Origin: Botryllus schlosseri
Taxonomy: Eukaryota
Length of the DNA: 64,000 nt
Reading direction: 5' to 3'
Assembly: GCA_051294905.1 (NCBI GenBank)
Contig: CM119372.1
Location: forward strand, 15,254,001-15,318,000
The notes under the pieces were generated by a model. It searched no databases and had not been told where the DNA came from. It worked only from the letters and a program-made list of their open reading frames with translations. Below are positions 49,255 to 62,904 of the stretch, in pieces (positions within the stretch are counted from its first letter, which is position 1; each line of letters begins with the position of its first letter). The position numbers and the translations under genes are program-made.

Positions 49255-49810
49255 AGTAAAATTACCATTTTCACCTAGAGGTCGGTCGTTACCCGAGTAG
49301 AAATACCATTATCCTTTGGAGATTTGTCGTTTACCCAGTGTAACAAACCCCTTTTCCTTTGGTAATCTATTTTTTCTCTGGGTAACAATCCTTTTTCACT
49401 TGGAAATATATTTTTTCTCTGGTTAACAAACCTTTTTCACTTGGAAATATATTTTTTCTCTGGTTAACAAACCTTTTTTCACTTGGAAATATATTTTTTC
49501 TCTGGGTAACAAACCTTTTTCACTTGGAAATATATTTTTTCCCCGGGTAACAAACCTTTTTCCCTGAGCAACAAACCATTTTCACTTGGTGATCCGTCGT
49601 TTACCCGAGTAAAAATATCATTTTCTTTTGGAGATCCGGCGTTTACCCAGTGTAACAATACATTTTCACTTGGAAAAATACTTTTACCTAGAGTAACTAA
49701 TCATTTTCTCCTGGGTAACAAACCCTTTTCGTCTGGAAACTATCATTTACCTGAGTACCAATACCGTTTTCACTTGGAAATCTATCTTTTCCCCGGGTAA
49801 CAATACCATT
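49255..49810. repeat. 41-42-bp tandem repeat array in the left arm
   Basis: Unit TTTTCACTTGGAAATATATTTTTTCTCTGGTTAACAAACC, degenerating towards both edges. Confidence 0.85.
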
Positions 49811-50789
49811 TTCGTTTTGAAAACTGACAACCACACCGGTCAATTTGATATTTTTTGTATATTGTTACAACAGACAGCGACAAAATATACACCAACAACG
49901 ACTCCGATACATTTGTCTAATCAAATCTTCACTTGTTCTGGTGCATCCCATCAAAATCGACGGTTAGCCACACACACACACACGCACACACAATACCAAT
50001 GCACTATTTCGATATGACTGCGATGTCCGGGTTCGTGCTTTAGATTTTCCAGAACCAATCCGTCTAAAGTTGTAATCCCCCCGCCTTTGTTAACTGGTTG
50101 ATACACGGATAACAATCTTCGGAAAATGTAGGAACGCATACTACCCATCGTGCTAACGATTCCAGGTTACTTGTGATTAATTTCCTTGCTCACCCTATAC
50201 AGATTATACGTACAGCGATATGTAGTGGTAATCGGTTTGGTCAATACATATCGCCCCATTCAGTATGGAATTACAAACCCAATACAGGTCAGTTCATAAC
50301 CGGATCCGGATATTCAATGCAAAGCGATAAAGCAGAACCAATTACCAAATGTAATTAAACATGTAGATTCACAACCCTTGATTTTTTTTTCGTGAAAAAT
50401 GACAATACATATCGAATATATATTTTACGATGGTTCAACCCTGCCAAGTATTCACGTAAATGTGGTTTATGACATTACATACAATGTATCAGTGTATCAA
50501 TGTTGGGTGTTTATGCACACATCGGTATGACCCATAGACAATATCATCATACCCTCCAGGACTTCGTTATTGCATCGTGAGGTCAATAAAATCAATCGGT
50601 GGCATAGACGACAGAAGGCTTGGAGATCCAATGTAAAATTCAGACAAACAAACGGATATATTTGTCCATCTTGGTTATTCACTCAACTACCATTGGTGCT
50701 CTCGATACAGCGAACGGTACAGTATGCAACGCATATCATTCGAGTGATATATCCACAGATAAATATGGGGCCTGGCCACAATAATTGTA

Positions 50790-51128
50790 CGACGCCGACA
50801 AATCGATGCACGCAAGGTGTGGTTGATAATAATTGTTTCATGTGTCAAAGAGACAGCACTCTCTCGTAAAGGTTATCAGATCCCACAGAAACACACCTTG
50901 GATTACATTATCAAATCGATTTTAAACTTAAACCGAATCACTGGTGTTGAGAGTAGTGATATCCGATTTTTTGAATATTCATATCAACTTAGTGAACGAT
51001 CGGTAACGACACTTATCATAAACATTATGAATATTAGTAATTCCAGTCGTATCTATCTTGTGTTGTTACAAGTTGCTAAAACCATCGAGTGAATCAGTGA
51101 ACGGATAGTAATCTGGGTTAAATCTCGA
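50790..51128. other. Unique 339-bp spacer (loop) of the giant palindrome
   Basis: Symmetry (x pairs with 101918-x) ends at 50789/51129. Confidence 0.85.
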
Positions 51129-52107
51129 TACAATTATTGTGGCCAGGCCCCATATTTATCTGTGGATATATCACTCGAATGATATGCGTTGCATACTGTA
51201 CCGTTCGCTGTATCGAGAGCACCAATGGTAGTTGAGTGAATAACCAAGATGGACAAATATATCCGTTTGTTTGTCTGAATTTTACATTGGATCTCCAAGC
51301 CTTCTGTCGTCTATGCCACCGATTGATTTTATTGACCTCACGATGCAATAACGAAGTCCTGGAGGGTATGATGATATTGTCTATGGGTCATACCGATGTG
51401 TGCATAAACACCCAACATTGATACACTGATACATTGTATGTAATGTCATAAACCACATTTACGTGAATACTTGGCAGGGTTGAACCATCGTAAAATATAT
51501 ATTCGATATGTATTGTCATTTTTCACGAAAAAAAAATCAAGGGTTGTGAATCTACATGTTTAATTACATTTGGTAATTGGTTCTGCTTTATCGCTTTGCA
51601 TTGAATATCCGGATCCGGTTATGAACTGACCTGTATTGGGTTTGTAATTCCATACTGAATGGGGCGATATGTATTGACCAAACCGATTACCACTACATAT
51701 CGCTGTACGTATAATCTGTATAGGGTGAGCAAGGAAATTAATCACAAGTAACCTGGAATCGTTAGCACGATGGGTAGTATGCGTTCCTACATTTTCCGAA
51801 GATTGTTATCCGTGTATCAACCAGTTAACAAAGGCGGGGGGATTACAACTTTAGACGGATTGGTTCTGGAAAATCTAAAGCACGAACCCGGACATCGCAG
51901 TCATATCGAAATAGTGCATTGGTATTGTGTGTGTGTGTGTGTGTGTGTGGCTAACCGTCGATTTTGATGGGATGCACCAGAACAAGTGAAGATTTGATTA
52001 GACAAATGTATCGGAGTCGTTGTTGGTGTATATTTTGTCGCTGTCTGTTGTAACAATATACAAAAAATATCAAATTGACCGGTGTGGTTGTCAGTTTTCA
52101 AAACGAA

Positions 52108-52663
52108 AATGGTATTGTTACCCGGGGAAAAGATAGATTTCCAAGTGAAAACGGTATTGGTACTCAGGTAAATGATAGTTTCCAGACGAAAAGGGTTTGT
52201 TACCCAGGAGAAAATGATTAGTTACTCTAGGTAAAAGTATTTTTCCAAGTGAAAATGTATTGTTACACTGGGTAAACGCCGGATCTCCAAAAGAAAATGA
52301 TATTTTTACTCGGGTAAACGACGGATCACCAAGTGAAAATGGTTTGTTGCTCAGGGAAAAAGGTTTGTTACCCGGGGAAAAAATATATTTCCAAGTGAAA
52401 AAGGTTTGTTACCCAGAGAAAAAATATATTTCCAAGTGAAAAAAGGTTTGTTAACCAGAGAAAAAATATATTTCCAAGTGAAAAAGGTTTGTTAACCAGA
52501 GAAAAAATATATTTCCAAGTGAAAAAGGATTGTTACCCAGAGAAAAAATAGATTACCAAAGGAAAAGGGGTTTGTTACACTGGGTAAACGACAAATCTCC
52601 AAAGGATAATGGTATTTCTACTCGGGTAACGACCGACCTCTAGGTGAAAATGGTAATTTTACT
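52108..52663. repeat. 41-42-bp tandem repeat array in the right arm (inverted copy)
   Basis: Reverse complement of 49255-49810. Confidence 0.85.
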
Positions 52664-55600
52664 TGGGTAGGTATCGTATGTTTAGTGTTGTTGGTATTGT
52701 TAAACGTTGTCGCCGGTAGCTGTTGGTATACTATTACGAGTGTGAAAAGGATTTACACGGCCTGTGCAGAGTATCGCGATAGTAAACATATTTTTGGTGC
52801 GACGAAACAAGATCGTTGTTTAAATTTTAATGCATTTCGATTACCGAGTTGCTGTACAGTAGAGATGACTCTACATTAGACCGTGCTGTATACTTCGACT
52901 AAAACCACAAGACCGCATGTAAATCTATTCGCGCAACTCGATGATGTTGATATAGTGTTACTAAAATTAATTATTACCTATTTACACAACATAAAAATAA
53001 CAATTCATGTCGTAGCAGGTTTCTTGAACTCGTGCTTGATGAAACGAATGGTGACAAGTAGGCTTTGAGTGAAAAATAATTATTTAGAGTAGTGACATTT
53101 TGTGACCAACGAATGTAAATCGATCACGATATTACAATTTATGCTTTCGTCAACATACCGACTTGGTGTAGAAACACTTTCACGTTTTTTGAATAACTGG
53201 ATTCTCGAGACTTGCTACTTGTACGATGTATCGTTGGTGTGCAAACTATAACGGCCATTTTGTATGATAGTATGTTTTAGTTGTATTGTTGTGAGGACAA
53301 CCATGTGATGACTCAGCACTTTTCGTTAGCAAAGTAGGTTGATTTGTGTGTAAGATGTAAGCACCGTGCTAGAAAACATATGTACTCTGTTGTTGGAGTA
53401 GCTGATTTATTGTTATGACATGGACATATCCTGAAGCCTTGGTTTGTTGTCTTACGAAAGATGAGGCGACCTCGGTGTCGTAAATTGTGTTAACTAAACT
53501 CGTATGGATACCACAATTGTGCTGGACTTACACCACCAATCATTGTACAGGTTTGTAGCATGAGCGAATATTTTCGTGTAACATGAATATCTTTCGTATA
53601 CACTTAGTATGAAATGAGATGTGTGGAACAATAATCAGTGTCGTACAAAGTGTTGTGTTTGATTGCTTACTTTTTATCAATGTCTTTGTGATGTTAAAAG
53701 ACGACTGAGTTTTCATTTACATTAAGCGGAGAAACTCATGTAATAAATTTTACTCATTTGAAAATCGACTCGCGTGAAAATACCGATTAACAGTATCAAT
53801 ATGAGCAGTATGTTATTTTTCGCGATATGCAACCAATCTTCTAAGCATAACTTGTCAAAATTTATCGTGTCATAGAAAAGTCGGCTGTTACGAATTCGAA
53901 ACAAATGTACTTCGGTTATCACGACAAAGGGAATTGAGATCAACGCAGTATTTCGGAAGTGAATGTGTATCGTTTGGTATGTTCAGCAATCACTAAATGA
54001 TAAAAATATGAAACTGTGCAATGTGCATACAACTCGGTTAGGTAAACGATACAGTTACAAGTCGGATGTGATCTCGATTTACAGATGACAGCTTGATGAT
54101 GTAAAGCTCAACCACTCAAATGTGTTTATTACAAAGTATTTGACACAAACAAAATATCGAATGAAGACTTCGGTTTCATTACCAAGCTAGTGAAAATTGT
54201 TTTCTATTGGATGGATATGATTTACCTTTAGAAAAACGATATAGACCTATTAAGCGACGCTGTTTCATATCCGTCGAGTGAGTAAAATTTCTTTGGAGTT
54301 CGGTTTAGTGAGATAATTGTTAGGGATTCAATCACATACAAGTAACGTCTTTTAGTGATAGAGTATTGTGATGACATTTACTCTAGTGAATGACAACGGA
54401 AAAATTTTCGATTGTATTGTCGGTGTATGTGTTAGACAAATAATTCTAGTACACCTAACTATAGGATACATTTGGCAAACATCGTACAAAATGTTTCGTT
54501 GTGATGGTAACGACTTTCAGCGGTTTGGTTTCATGTCGGGGAATTATTATTTGGGGGTTCAAAAACAATCATTACTACAAATGAACAACAATGCAAAACA
54601 CGTTAAGTGAATTACAGTGTAGCAAGTACTTCATTGATATTACGATTGTTGTGTACCAGACATTTCTAACTGAATTGAATGCATCTAGCAAACATATTCC
54701 AATTTGTTTTTTGTAATGATCAAAGTGTGTGAAATGGCGCGAACGGATTAAGCATTAATCAAGCGGCGATATGTCAATTCACCTAGTGTGATATCTTGAC
54801 ACCGGGAAATGTGCGAAAGTGTTTCAATTCCCACCGCAGATTACGACGATAAAGTATTGTACCGGTTATTGTTCAACAAAGAAAATTGTTGTTTCATCTT
54901 TAGTCTTGGTTACTGGAGACAATTACATTTGTAAATTATTTCCTGATTTCCACAATACGCTGCGTGGTTTTTACGAACACGGCTTAATCTTCCCAATCAA
55001 AACATTTCAGACATGTTAATCTAGTTTTACAAATCGATATGTTAATAACAATGTTTCTGAAAAGTTTGTTGGTATCGTAATAACCTTCAACACAACCTGG
55101 TCTAATAATGTCATAATTTAATAATCAAGTCATGATCGACTATTACAAAATCTCATATGTCAAAATCAATGTGTCAATTCGTGAAAATTTTCAATATAAC
55201 ACCTGCGTTCGATTGTAAGAATTCTCAACTACGTTGGTCGGACATTCAAATCTCGTATACTCAAATGTAATGTGTTAATCTCAAACCGCGCGCCAAGTAG
55301 TAATTACTTCATCTTGCAGTTGAATAAAAAAAAATATGGGACATGGATACAACTGAGTTGGTATGTTTGTGGGTTGTAGTGATTACTCGCGTAGTCTTGT
55401 CTACTTTCATACGGACACTTTTTGTTTTGGTTTGGTGAGTTACTACAAACGGATTGACTTACCAAGGTTTTTGTATTTTACTCGTTTGTGCATGGCGAGA
55501 TGTTAAAATGTTGAGTTGTCATAGTGATAGTATTTCTGAAACTCTATTTTACAAACGGAAACGGAGTCGTGAATAGAGTTGTCAGTTTCAAGGATTGTTT

Positions 55601-56015
55601 CAAAGTATAATCTTGAAATGTGACTGGGTGAAAGTTGGTAGTCATGTTTGTCAAACCTATTTCAATTCACGCAATGTCAAAGTCCAAATATTTCAATCTG
55701 GATTATTTGGATTTACCTTTAGTACATCCCGCGAATGGATTTAAAGTTGGCAAATTACCAAAATGATTGAATATTATCGGGTTAGAGATAGTTGGTATTG
55801 ATTCTATAAGTGTTAAAACAGCGGCGTGGAATGTGTGAATGATCCGACGCGGGTGAATGTTGGCGTCAGTAATATTCAGGTTACGTTCGATTCAACAGAT
55901 CGCGTTAATAGGATTTGTCAAAGGATTTGAGTTGGGTCGAATCAATACATTCAAATACGATTCAACTCGATTTGTGTAGTGAGTTACATTTCAAGTTGAC
56001 ACTTTATCAAACGAT

Positions 56016-56627
56016 ATGACATCGAACAGCGTCAACACTATGCAAGTCGGAGCAACTTCAAATTTTCACGTCGGCGTCAAATTCGTCTCATCACCCAAAA
56101 GAGGTGGCGTTAGCCAATATCTCAAAGGTATATTCATCGACGGCAATAACGAAGAGATATCTTTCACGTGTTTCAATCGTGAATTGTTCGGGGTCATTGA
56201 GAAAGCATTCTCCAAACGAAAAAAACTCATGGTCAAATCCGGTTGGGTCCAAATTGACAAGTTTACTGGAAAACCTGCTGTATTACTGGGACGGGCTTCG
56301 TCAGTAACTCTGCATGGAAAATCGAGACATACGACTGAAGAATACCCATTATTGACCTGTGAATCGGTATACGGAAATAAAGATGAATACGTCTCGATCG
56401 CCGCTACTTGTGTTTCTCGAGAGGAGAAGACGGTCAATTCTGGTGCCGGAAAGGAGTTGAAATTATACAGTTTTACATTGAAGGATGATACTGGCGAGGT
56501 GGTTTTGGGTCAATGGAACAAAGCCTCGCTCGTACCCGGGAAGAAATATCAACTCACTCGTGTTAAAAACTGTGTCGGCCGCTTGAAAATCGATTCGTTA
56601 ACTAGACTTGTTGAATTGAAAGAATAG
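56016..56627 (+). CDS. Tandem OB-fold, RPA-like ssDNA-binding protein, right-arm copy
   Basis: Protein identical to 31631-32242. Confidence 0.65.
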   Translation: MTSNSVNTMQVGATSNFHVGVKFVSSPKRGGVSQYLKGIFIDGNNEEISFTCFNRELFGVIEKAFSKRKKLMVKSGWVQIDKFTGKPAVLLGRASSVTLHGKSRHTTEEYPLLTCESVYGNKDEYVSIAATCVSREEKTVNSGAGKELKLYSFTLKDDTGEVVLGQWNKASLVPGKKYQLTRVKNCVGRLKIDSLTRLVELKE

Positions 56628-58805
56628 TTTGCATATTTGTATACCACAATACAATATTTCACGTAATATGTATGACCTATGTGTTTCGACAACTGGGTTA
56701 GTGCAGTGTTGTTCTACTGATCGAGGTGTGAAAATTGCGCTATCGCGGTGAAGTCGCGACTGTGAACAGCAGATTATTTTGTAGGTGCGATACAGCGAAT
56801 AAGCCGAAAGTATTATTCAGCTAGCAATCAATAGCGAGGAAAGAGAGAACACGATCGGTCATTTGATACGACTAAACTACGACATCATATATCATAATTA
56901 CGATCAAACTATTTCGCACTGAATGGAATAGTGTAATAATCGATAGTAGCGACTGGACGAGGAATAATTCAGCGCACAGGTCATTCGAAATATAGGTCGC
57001 ACTGCTTAATCCTCACAACAAACCACGTTTCCGTCCGCGCGGTTATTGTTGGTGACTCGTGCATATTCAACACCACGCGAGAGATACCTGAAAGTACGAA
57101 TCATCGCCGCGTCCATAAGAATAACGATATATCATTGTCGTACTCGCCGTAATTTGGAATATACACATTACCTAAGGACCAATCACATGACTATTTACTT
57201 GATACATATTCAACACGAAGTACGACATGCCAACAACGAAGCCGCGTGCGAGCTATACTGAAAAGGGTTACCGCGCGACCACAAGATGCAATAGCCGCGT
57301 GCGAGCGGACCCATAAGACATAAGAGCCGCATGCCAACACGAGTTTCCCAGCCGCGTGCGAGCGATCGCTATACTGAAAAGAGTTACCGTGCGAGAGGGG
57401 CCATAAGACGCAATAGCCGCGTGCGAGCGGGCCCATAAGACATAAGGAGCCGCGTGCCAATACGAGTTTCCCAGCCGCGTGCGAGCGGGCCATAAGAACC
57501 CCACGCAGGTCACCAGCGATCTACATAACTACTGACGTTTTAATACTGGCCCTGCACTCATTAATATCAAAACATGCAGTCGAGTTATTAAATGGAATCT
57601 TTAAACGGTACGATCATTCGAAAGTGTAACTGCAGCCTGCGCTACCAGTCCGTCCGACGGAATTCATCGATCAAAAATCAGATTTTACGTCACTGAGAAT
57701 CTGGAATTGCATCAATGTTATTCACTTCACGCGCAACACGCCGTGTGAGTAACGAAATACACTACGCACTAGCCTGCCAATTAATATACGAGAACTCTGG
57801 AATATTTCAAGCAGTCAATAATGATGATTAAAAACGCGAATTCGCGCACCCATCAGTAATTGTCTCTTGCGGTTTCTTGGCTTGCTTCGCGTTGACCAAC
57901 TCGCATCGCGGCAATTATTGGCAGATTAAAAGAGCGATTTGGGCGGCATTTGTGCATTTCCGATTTACGTTCACAAAGCATTTCGGGAGTACATCGGTCA
58001 TTTCGTAAATTCAATTTGCATGTCGACGGCCGCCAACACGTACTGATTGAATTACGTCTTTACGTATTGACTGCCGCAGGTTGGCCACCACTGGGCTAGA
58101 ATTAATTCCACTTCCGGGCGCATGCCGCGATCTTATCAATAGAAATCCACTGTGTACCTAATAGTTTAATATTCGATATTGTTGTTCACGATACGAGTAC
58201 ATCCAGCAATCAAGTTTACCGGAATGTAGAAGGTGCCCTGCTCGAACGAATCGAATAAAATCAAAATTTGTGCCACCCAGGATCTTGTGATGCATCAATA
58301 TTTGATAATGGCATGGCATGACCATTCACGTTAATAATGAAAGGAACACTGAAAAATGACTTTGTGCGACAATTTCGGAGTACGAATGTATCAAGTAGAT
58401 AACGAGAAATATGGATACCGAAATGGCAAACGAGAAAGCGTGTATAATGAGTATCGCCACGAATGGGTTTGAGTCTGACACCGTATTGAGTAGCTTTCGT
58501 TGCGACAATTGTTTTCTCATTATATCGATGTTTAAGCTGTATTGCTGCATTTCCCGAATAATGTCACTGGCAAAACATTGTAGAGAAACTAATCTGCGCA
58601 GAAATGAATTCCAATTTGCAGGCACACGCCAACACACCATTCAATTTCGCGATCCGATTACCAAGACTATCACGAAGCTAGCTAGCTCACGAATGGTTTT
58701 GTAAACGAATACGAGCGCACATAATTTAGATGTCAGAAAGGCAGAACGTCTATTTGGGCGCCTGATCGGGAGAAGAGATCCAGGGTGGTGCTTCTCAGCA
58801 CAGGC

Positions 58806-59796
58806 TAGGCGCGTAGCCATGCAGTCGAAAAATTAGGGGGATTTAGATTATTTTCCAATTTACCAATATAGCATCAATTCAAATCGAGTCAAGTACATGT
58901 GCATATGGCGATCATATAATCTCTTCGTATTGACGATTTTAGGCGTATGATAAGCTTGCCAAAGAGGCCGGGAGTGCTGTCAATTAGCGAGTCCCTGATC
59001 TCTGGTGAGCAATTAAATACGCGCGCGTATTACGCAGTCTCGGCGACAGATTCCGCAAATCAAAATGTCCGAACTTGATCGCAGCGAGTTCAAACCTTTG
59101 TCGTCTTTCAGAACTCAAGCCATGATAAACATCTTCTGATCGTTACGTTCAAGTCTTAGCGGGACTAAATTTCGCACGTTAAAGTCTGTTTGCAGCGATT
59201 TGATGTTATTCAGTTTCGCGATGTCGCTTTTTAATCAATATGACATAAAACAATCACTACCGTAATTAGCGTAAACTCGACCGCATTGTCTCCAAACCAG
59301 CTAGAGATAGGAGCCAAAGCATGCTATGCCCGAGACGCGATAGTCAGGCCAGCAATGCAATGATATCTTTCACACCAGGCCTATTGCCGATGCTACTGTG
59401 TAGGCAAGCGTGATATCGTGCACATCAGGCCGAAGCCGCCAATGCAGATGCGATTGCGCAGGCAAACGATGATATAGTGTGAACTGGGCCTATTGCAGAT
59501 GCGACTGTTCCAGCCTGCAGAACCAGGCTTGTTCGAGACGCGATAAATTAGGCTAGCGACGATTGCCACGCGCAGGGGAATGAATGACCTAATTTCGTGA
59601 CTATCTCAGCAGGCGATCATCGCAGACTCTTCTCAACAGGTTTCTCGCAAATCAGCCGCGCGGAACACTGATAACGCAATTATTGAATTGCAACTGAATA
59701 TTAGAGTTAGAATGATCATTTCAAAATAACGGGGATTCACGTTTCAAATAGAGAAGTTCGACTCGCGAAACCACCGTGGCTACGCCTACGCGCCTG
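58806..59796. mobile_element. hAT-type MITE
   Basis: TIR TAGGCGCGTAG / CTACGCGCCTG; near-TSD GCACAGGC / GCACACGC. Confidence 0.6.
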
Positions 59797-61205
59797 GCAC
59801 ACGCGCGTATCGAAATCGAAGATGTCTCTAATGAGGCCGCATCGATTCGCCTGATTAATAATTACTGGTCACAAATCACTTGGGCGTTTGAGCAGTTGTA
59901 CGAGGTGGCCGCCACCTCGTAAATGTGATCACGAGGTGGCTACGCCACCTCGTAACCTCGTAAGTCGACGCCTATGCATCCCAATATATTATATACCCAT
60001 GCCATGATGAATCTAATTCCGACCGCCGAGCGGAATAAAGACCTTTAACGTCAGAGTCCCTACTCACAGATACACATACTATTTGACCACTTGGCCAGTC
60101 ATCGAATTCACGATATCAAGCGGAAGGGCTATATAAGGAATTGTAAACCATTGAAATAGTACAGGAGCCATTATCGCCAGATATCGTCCTGCAGTAAAAA
60201 TCCGAGTAATCCCCATTACCCCCCCCCCAAATACCTACCTACCTTATATATACATACGTCGATTGCTGTATCGAGTTGACTGGTACTTACTCTGGTCGAG
60301 GACAGCAAAGCAAATAAAAAGTGAGCTAGGATTCATTATTTCGGGTACATCATACGAATAGAATTCAATCGGAAATATTTCTTACCTGTCGTTACCAGCT
60401 GGGTCCTCGGCCGATATTGTAGATCGAATACACGACATGTTTAATAGTTTCGCGAAGCAGTTCTCTAGGAAACTAGGATAAGCACACGATATAAAAAAAT
60501 ATTACAAAAATACCGCTAGGTGGGAAAGTTCTGAGTCATTATGACGTCACAAAGACATATAGTTTTCATCAGCTTATTCGGGTCGGATGCTAGAATGCTG
60601 ATTACTGTTTAGCTTAGCTACTGATTACTGATTAGTGGGAAAAATTTTTGCAACTTTTGCAACTTTTTTGGCACCTTTCGGCAGCTAATTAGTCAGAGTT
60701 CATGTAGTATCGTGTTTTAAGCAGTTTGTAGGAATTTTATATTGCAACTTTTTGCAACGTTTGTCTATTTTTATCATGCAACTTTTCACTGTGACTATTA
60801 TCAAGTATTGCGCAAAATGTGAAGGAGTGATATAAAAAAAACATTCTGTAGAACTATTTCTAATATGGTTCTATTCTCTTTGATTTGCTTAACAAAGAGG
60901 CTGGTGATGGATTAGCTGAATCTCAATGTTATCTTTGACGCAAGTCCAGGGCTTTGGAGCCGGAGCCGGAGCCCCGAGCCGGAGCCCCGGAGCCGTGCAT
61001 TTTCACCGGAGTTGGAGCCGGAGCCGGAGCTCTACATAAAATTCAGCCGGAGCCGGAGCTGGAGCCCGTTATTTGAGTAGTAGCTCCGGCTCCGACCTAT
61101 TTCATAAGATGCCATTATATATATATGCAACAACCACATCTGCTGATTTATCATAATTGAACAGCAGGCCTGAATTTTAATGCTGTGCACAGCAATGGCA
61201 TAGAT

Positions 61206-62710
61206 CAGTGGTTCCCAAACAGTGGGGGATTCCCCACTGGTGGGGAATTCAATGGTTTCTGGTGGGGAATAGACGCATTTGTTCAAAATTATATACAGGA
61301 CAGTCTACATGTTCACGGAGGCACGTAAGCAAGTACCGCTACGGTACCAGTTAACTGCTCTGGAATGTAGGCCTATGTATCGAAAATTATATTGCGTGTT
61401 GTTCACAGAATATCATTTTTAACTCTGGATGGCCCATCATGGCGCAACAGACGCATCCAGCACGACTAGTTTGACGTGAAATAACCCTTTCACGAAATTT
61501 TGACCGTTACTGGAATCGGTTCACAATACGTTTCATGTTGCAGTTATAGGCGATTTTCTTGCGTACTGGTGTGTATTGTGTAGTCAAACCAGCAAATAGC
61601 TGCTCTGTGATGACAAAAGTGTTGGGTAGTGGGGAACAGGACCGTAGCTGCCGCACCCCAAACCCTTAAATTGGGGGGGCAATCACGAAGGGGCCCAAAA
61701 TTATTTCGTGAATTCACATAAATTACAGAGTATTTTTTGGAAATTTATGCCACTTTTTCAAAAATTTTTCGCGCTGGGGCCGCAATTTAATATTGCCATA
61801 TATATTGATTATTGGGTACCCTTCCCCCACGAAAATACGTAAATTTTATAGAAATGGAGACTTCGGCTATTACTGCGCCTCGACGCACCAAGACATATGA
61901 AGTTATAGGCCATGTTAAATGTGACTCCGAGAAGTGTGCCAGAGCGATCATCAGCGAGAAGAGCTTGGCCGTGAAGGAATGCCCTTGTGCTGACCGAAAA
62001 CTTCGATATATATACAATAATATACATAAATGTTGAATTGTACATGGGTGGCTAAATGGCTGGCACCGAATGTTCCTGTCCTGGCGATCTGAACCCCACA
62101 GGACAAATGCCATCACACAGGGAAAAATTATTTGCCAGTAAAGCAATACCAATTTGAAATCGTATGTGCCTTTTAGTTTTGGAGATTTGCATATCTTTTG
62201 GCATAGCAGATATAGGAGGTCACAAAATAGCATAATGTAACGAAGTCAATATACCAACGGGTCCGCCCGAAGATGTTTAATTATTATTTAAGTGTTCTAT
62301 CTTTTCCAACACACCTCACTCAGCTCCACCGGTAAATCTGATTACGTGAGCAGAGAGAGGATAAATAATTGATAGCAAAATATATGCAATTCCCGATCAT
62401 ATTGACAGATTCAAACATTAGTTATATAAATTTTTCGTGCTTCGCGCGTTTAGTCGAAATAAAGGCGACGCACTAAACAGTAGACCCAATGTAGTTGATA
62501 AGTAACGGGGGAAAGCGTACAGGCTCAGGGGGGCTGAGGGGGTTATGGGGTGCAAACCCCCCCGGAAAAACGGTTTATCACCCTGTGGGGGCCCAAGACC
62601 AACGTTATTTTTATGGGGGCTGACGAAGTGCTGTTACGGTCCAGGTGGGGAATGAAGTCTCGGAATGAATCTGAAGTGGGGAATGAAGACAAAAAGGTTG
62701 GGAACCACTG
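61206..62710. mobile_element. hAT-type MITE (nested)
   Basis: TIR CAGTGGTTCCCAA / TTGGGAACCACTG; TSD GCATAGAT. Confidence 0.9.
61637..62644. mobile_element. hAT-type MITE (doubly nested)
   Basis: TIR CAGGACCGTAGC / GTTACGGTCCAG; TSD GTGGGGAA. Confidence 0.85.
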
Positions 62711-62904
62711 GCATAGATAGAGTAAACTGCGTTCTAGTGCAACTATGATGTTGTCGACAATTGACAAGTATTCAGTATGACGTCACAAGCTGGCACGGCG
62801 GCACCTATATGTCTTCGTTGCTACATCGGATGTTACTGACGGCTGACAGACTCTAGATTACTATAGATAACTAACCTGTGGGTAGATTAGTAATCTATAT
62901 AGAC

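Larger units (their letters stand above)
30725..57533. mobile_element. Polinton/Maverick-ended non-autonomous giant palindromic element (13.15 kb without its insertion)
   Basis: Termini AGTAGTTATGTAGATC / GATCTACATAACTACT; 6-bp TSD GACGTT (30719-30724 and 57534-57539); 30725-34066 plus 47719-50789 is the reverse complement of 51129-57533. Confidence 0.85.
30576..59976. mobile_element. Old hAT-type non-autonomous element hosting the giant hairpin element
   Basis: Imperfect TIR CATAGGCTCCGACTT / AAGTCGACGCCTATG; TACGAGGTGGC subterminal motifs at both ends; degenerate 8-bp TSD CATCCTTA / CATCCCAA. Confidence 0.6.

Noticed and set aside
49255..49810. CRISPR array
   Set aside because: Contiguous degenerate tandem units with no unique spacers, no cas genes and a eukaryotic context
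50570..50869. Parvovirus/adintovirus-type phospholipase A2 (MGPGHN...PTN)
   Set aside because: The catalytic HD motif is missing; the resemblance is too weak
47719..57533. Palindrome as a pure assembly or read fold-back artefact
   Set aside because: Symmetry stops exactly at TSD-flanked termini, one arm carries its own TSD-flanked insertion, and the arms differ by substitutions; read-level confirmation is still advisable
29107..58093. One large hAT element bounded by CAGGGGTGGCCAACC and GGTTGGCCACCACTG
   Set aside because: No TSD, and it would overlap rather than nest with 30576-59976; more likely two separate MITE fragments
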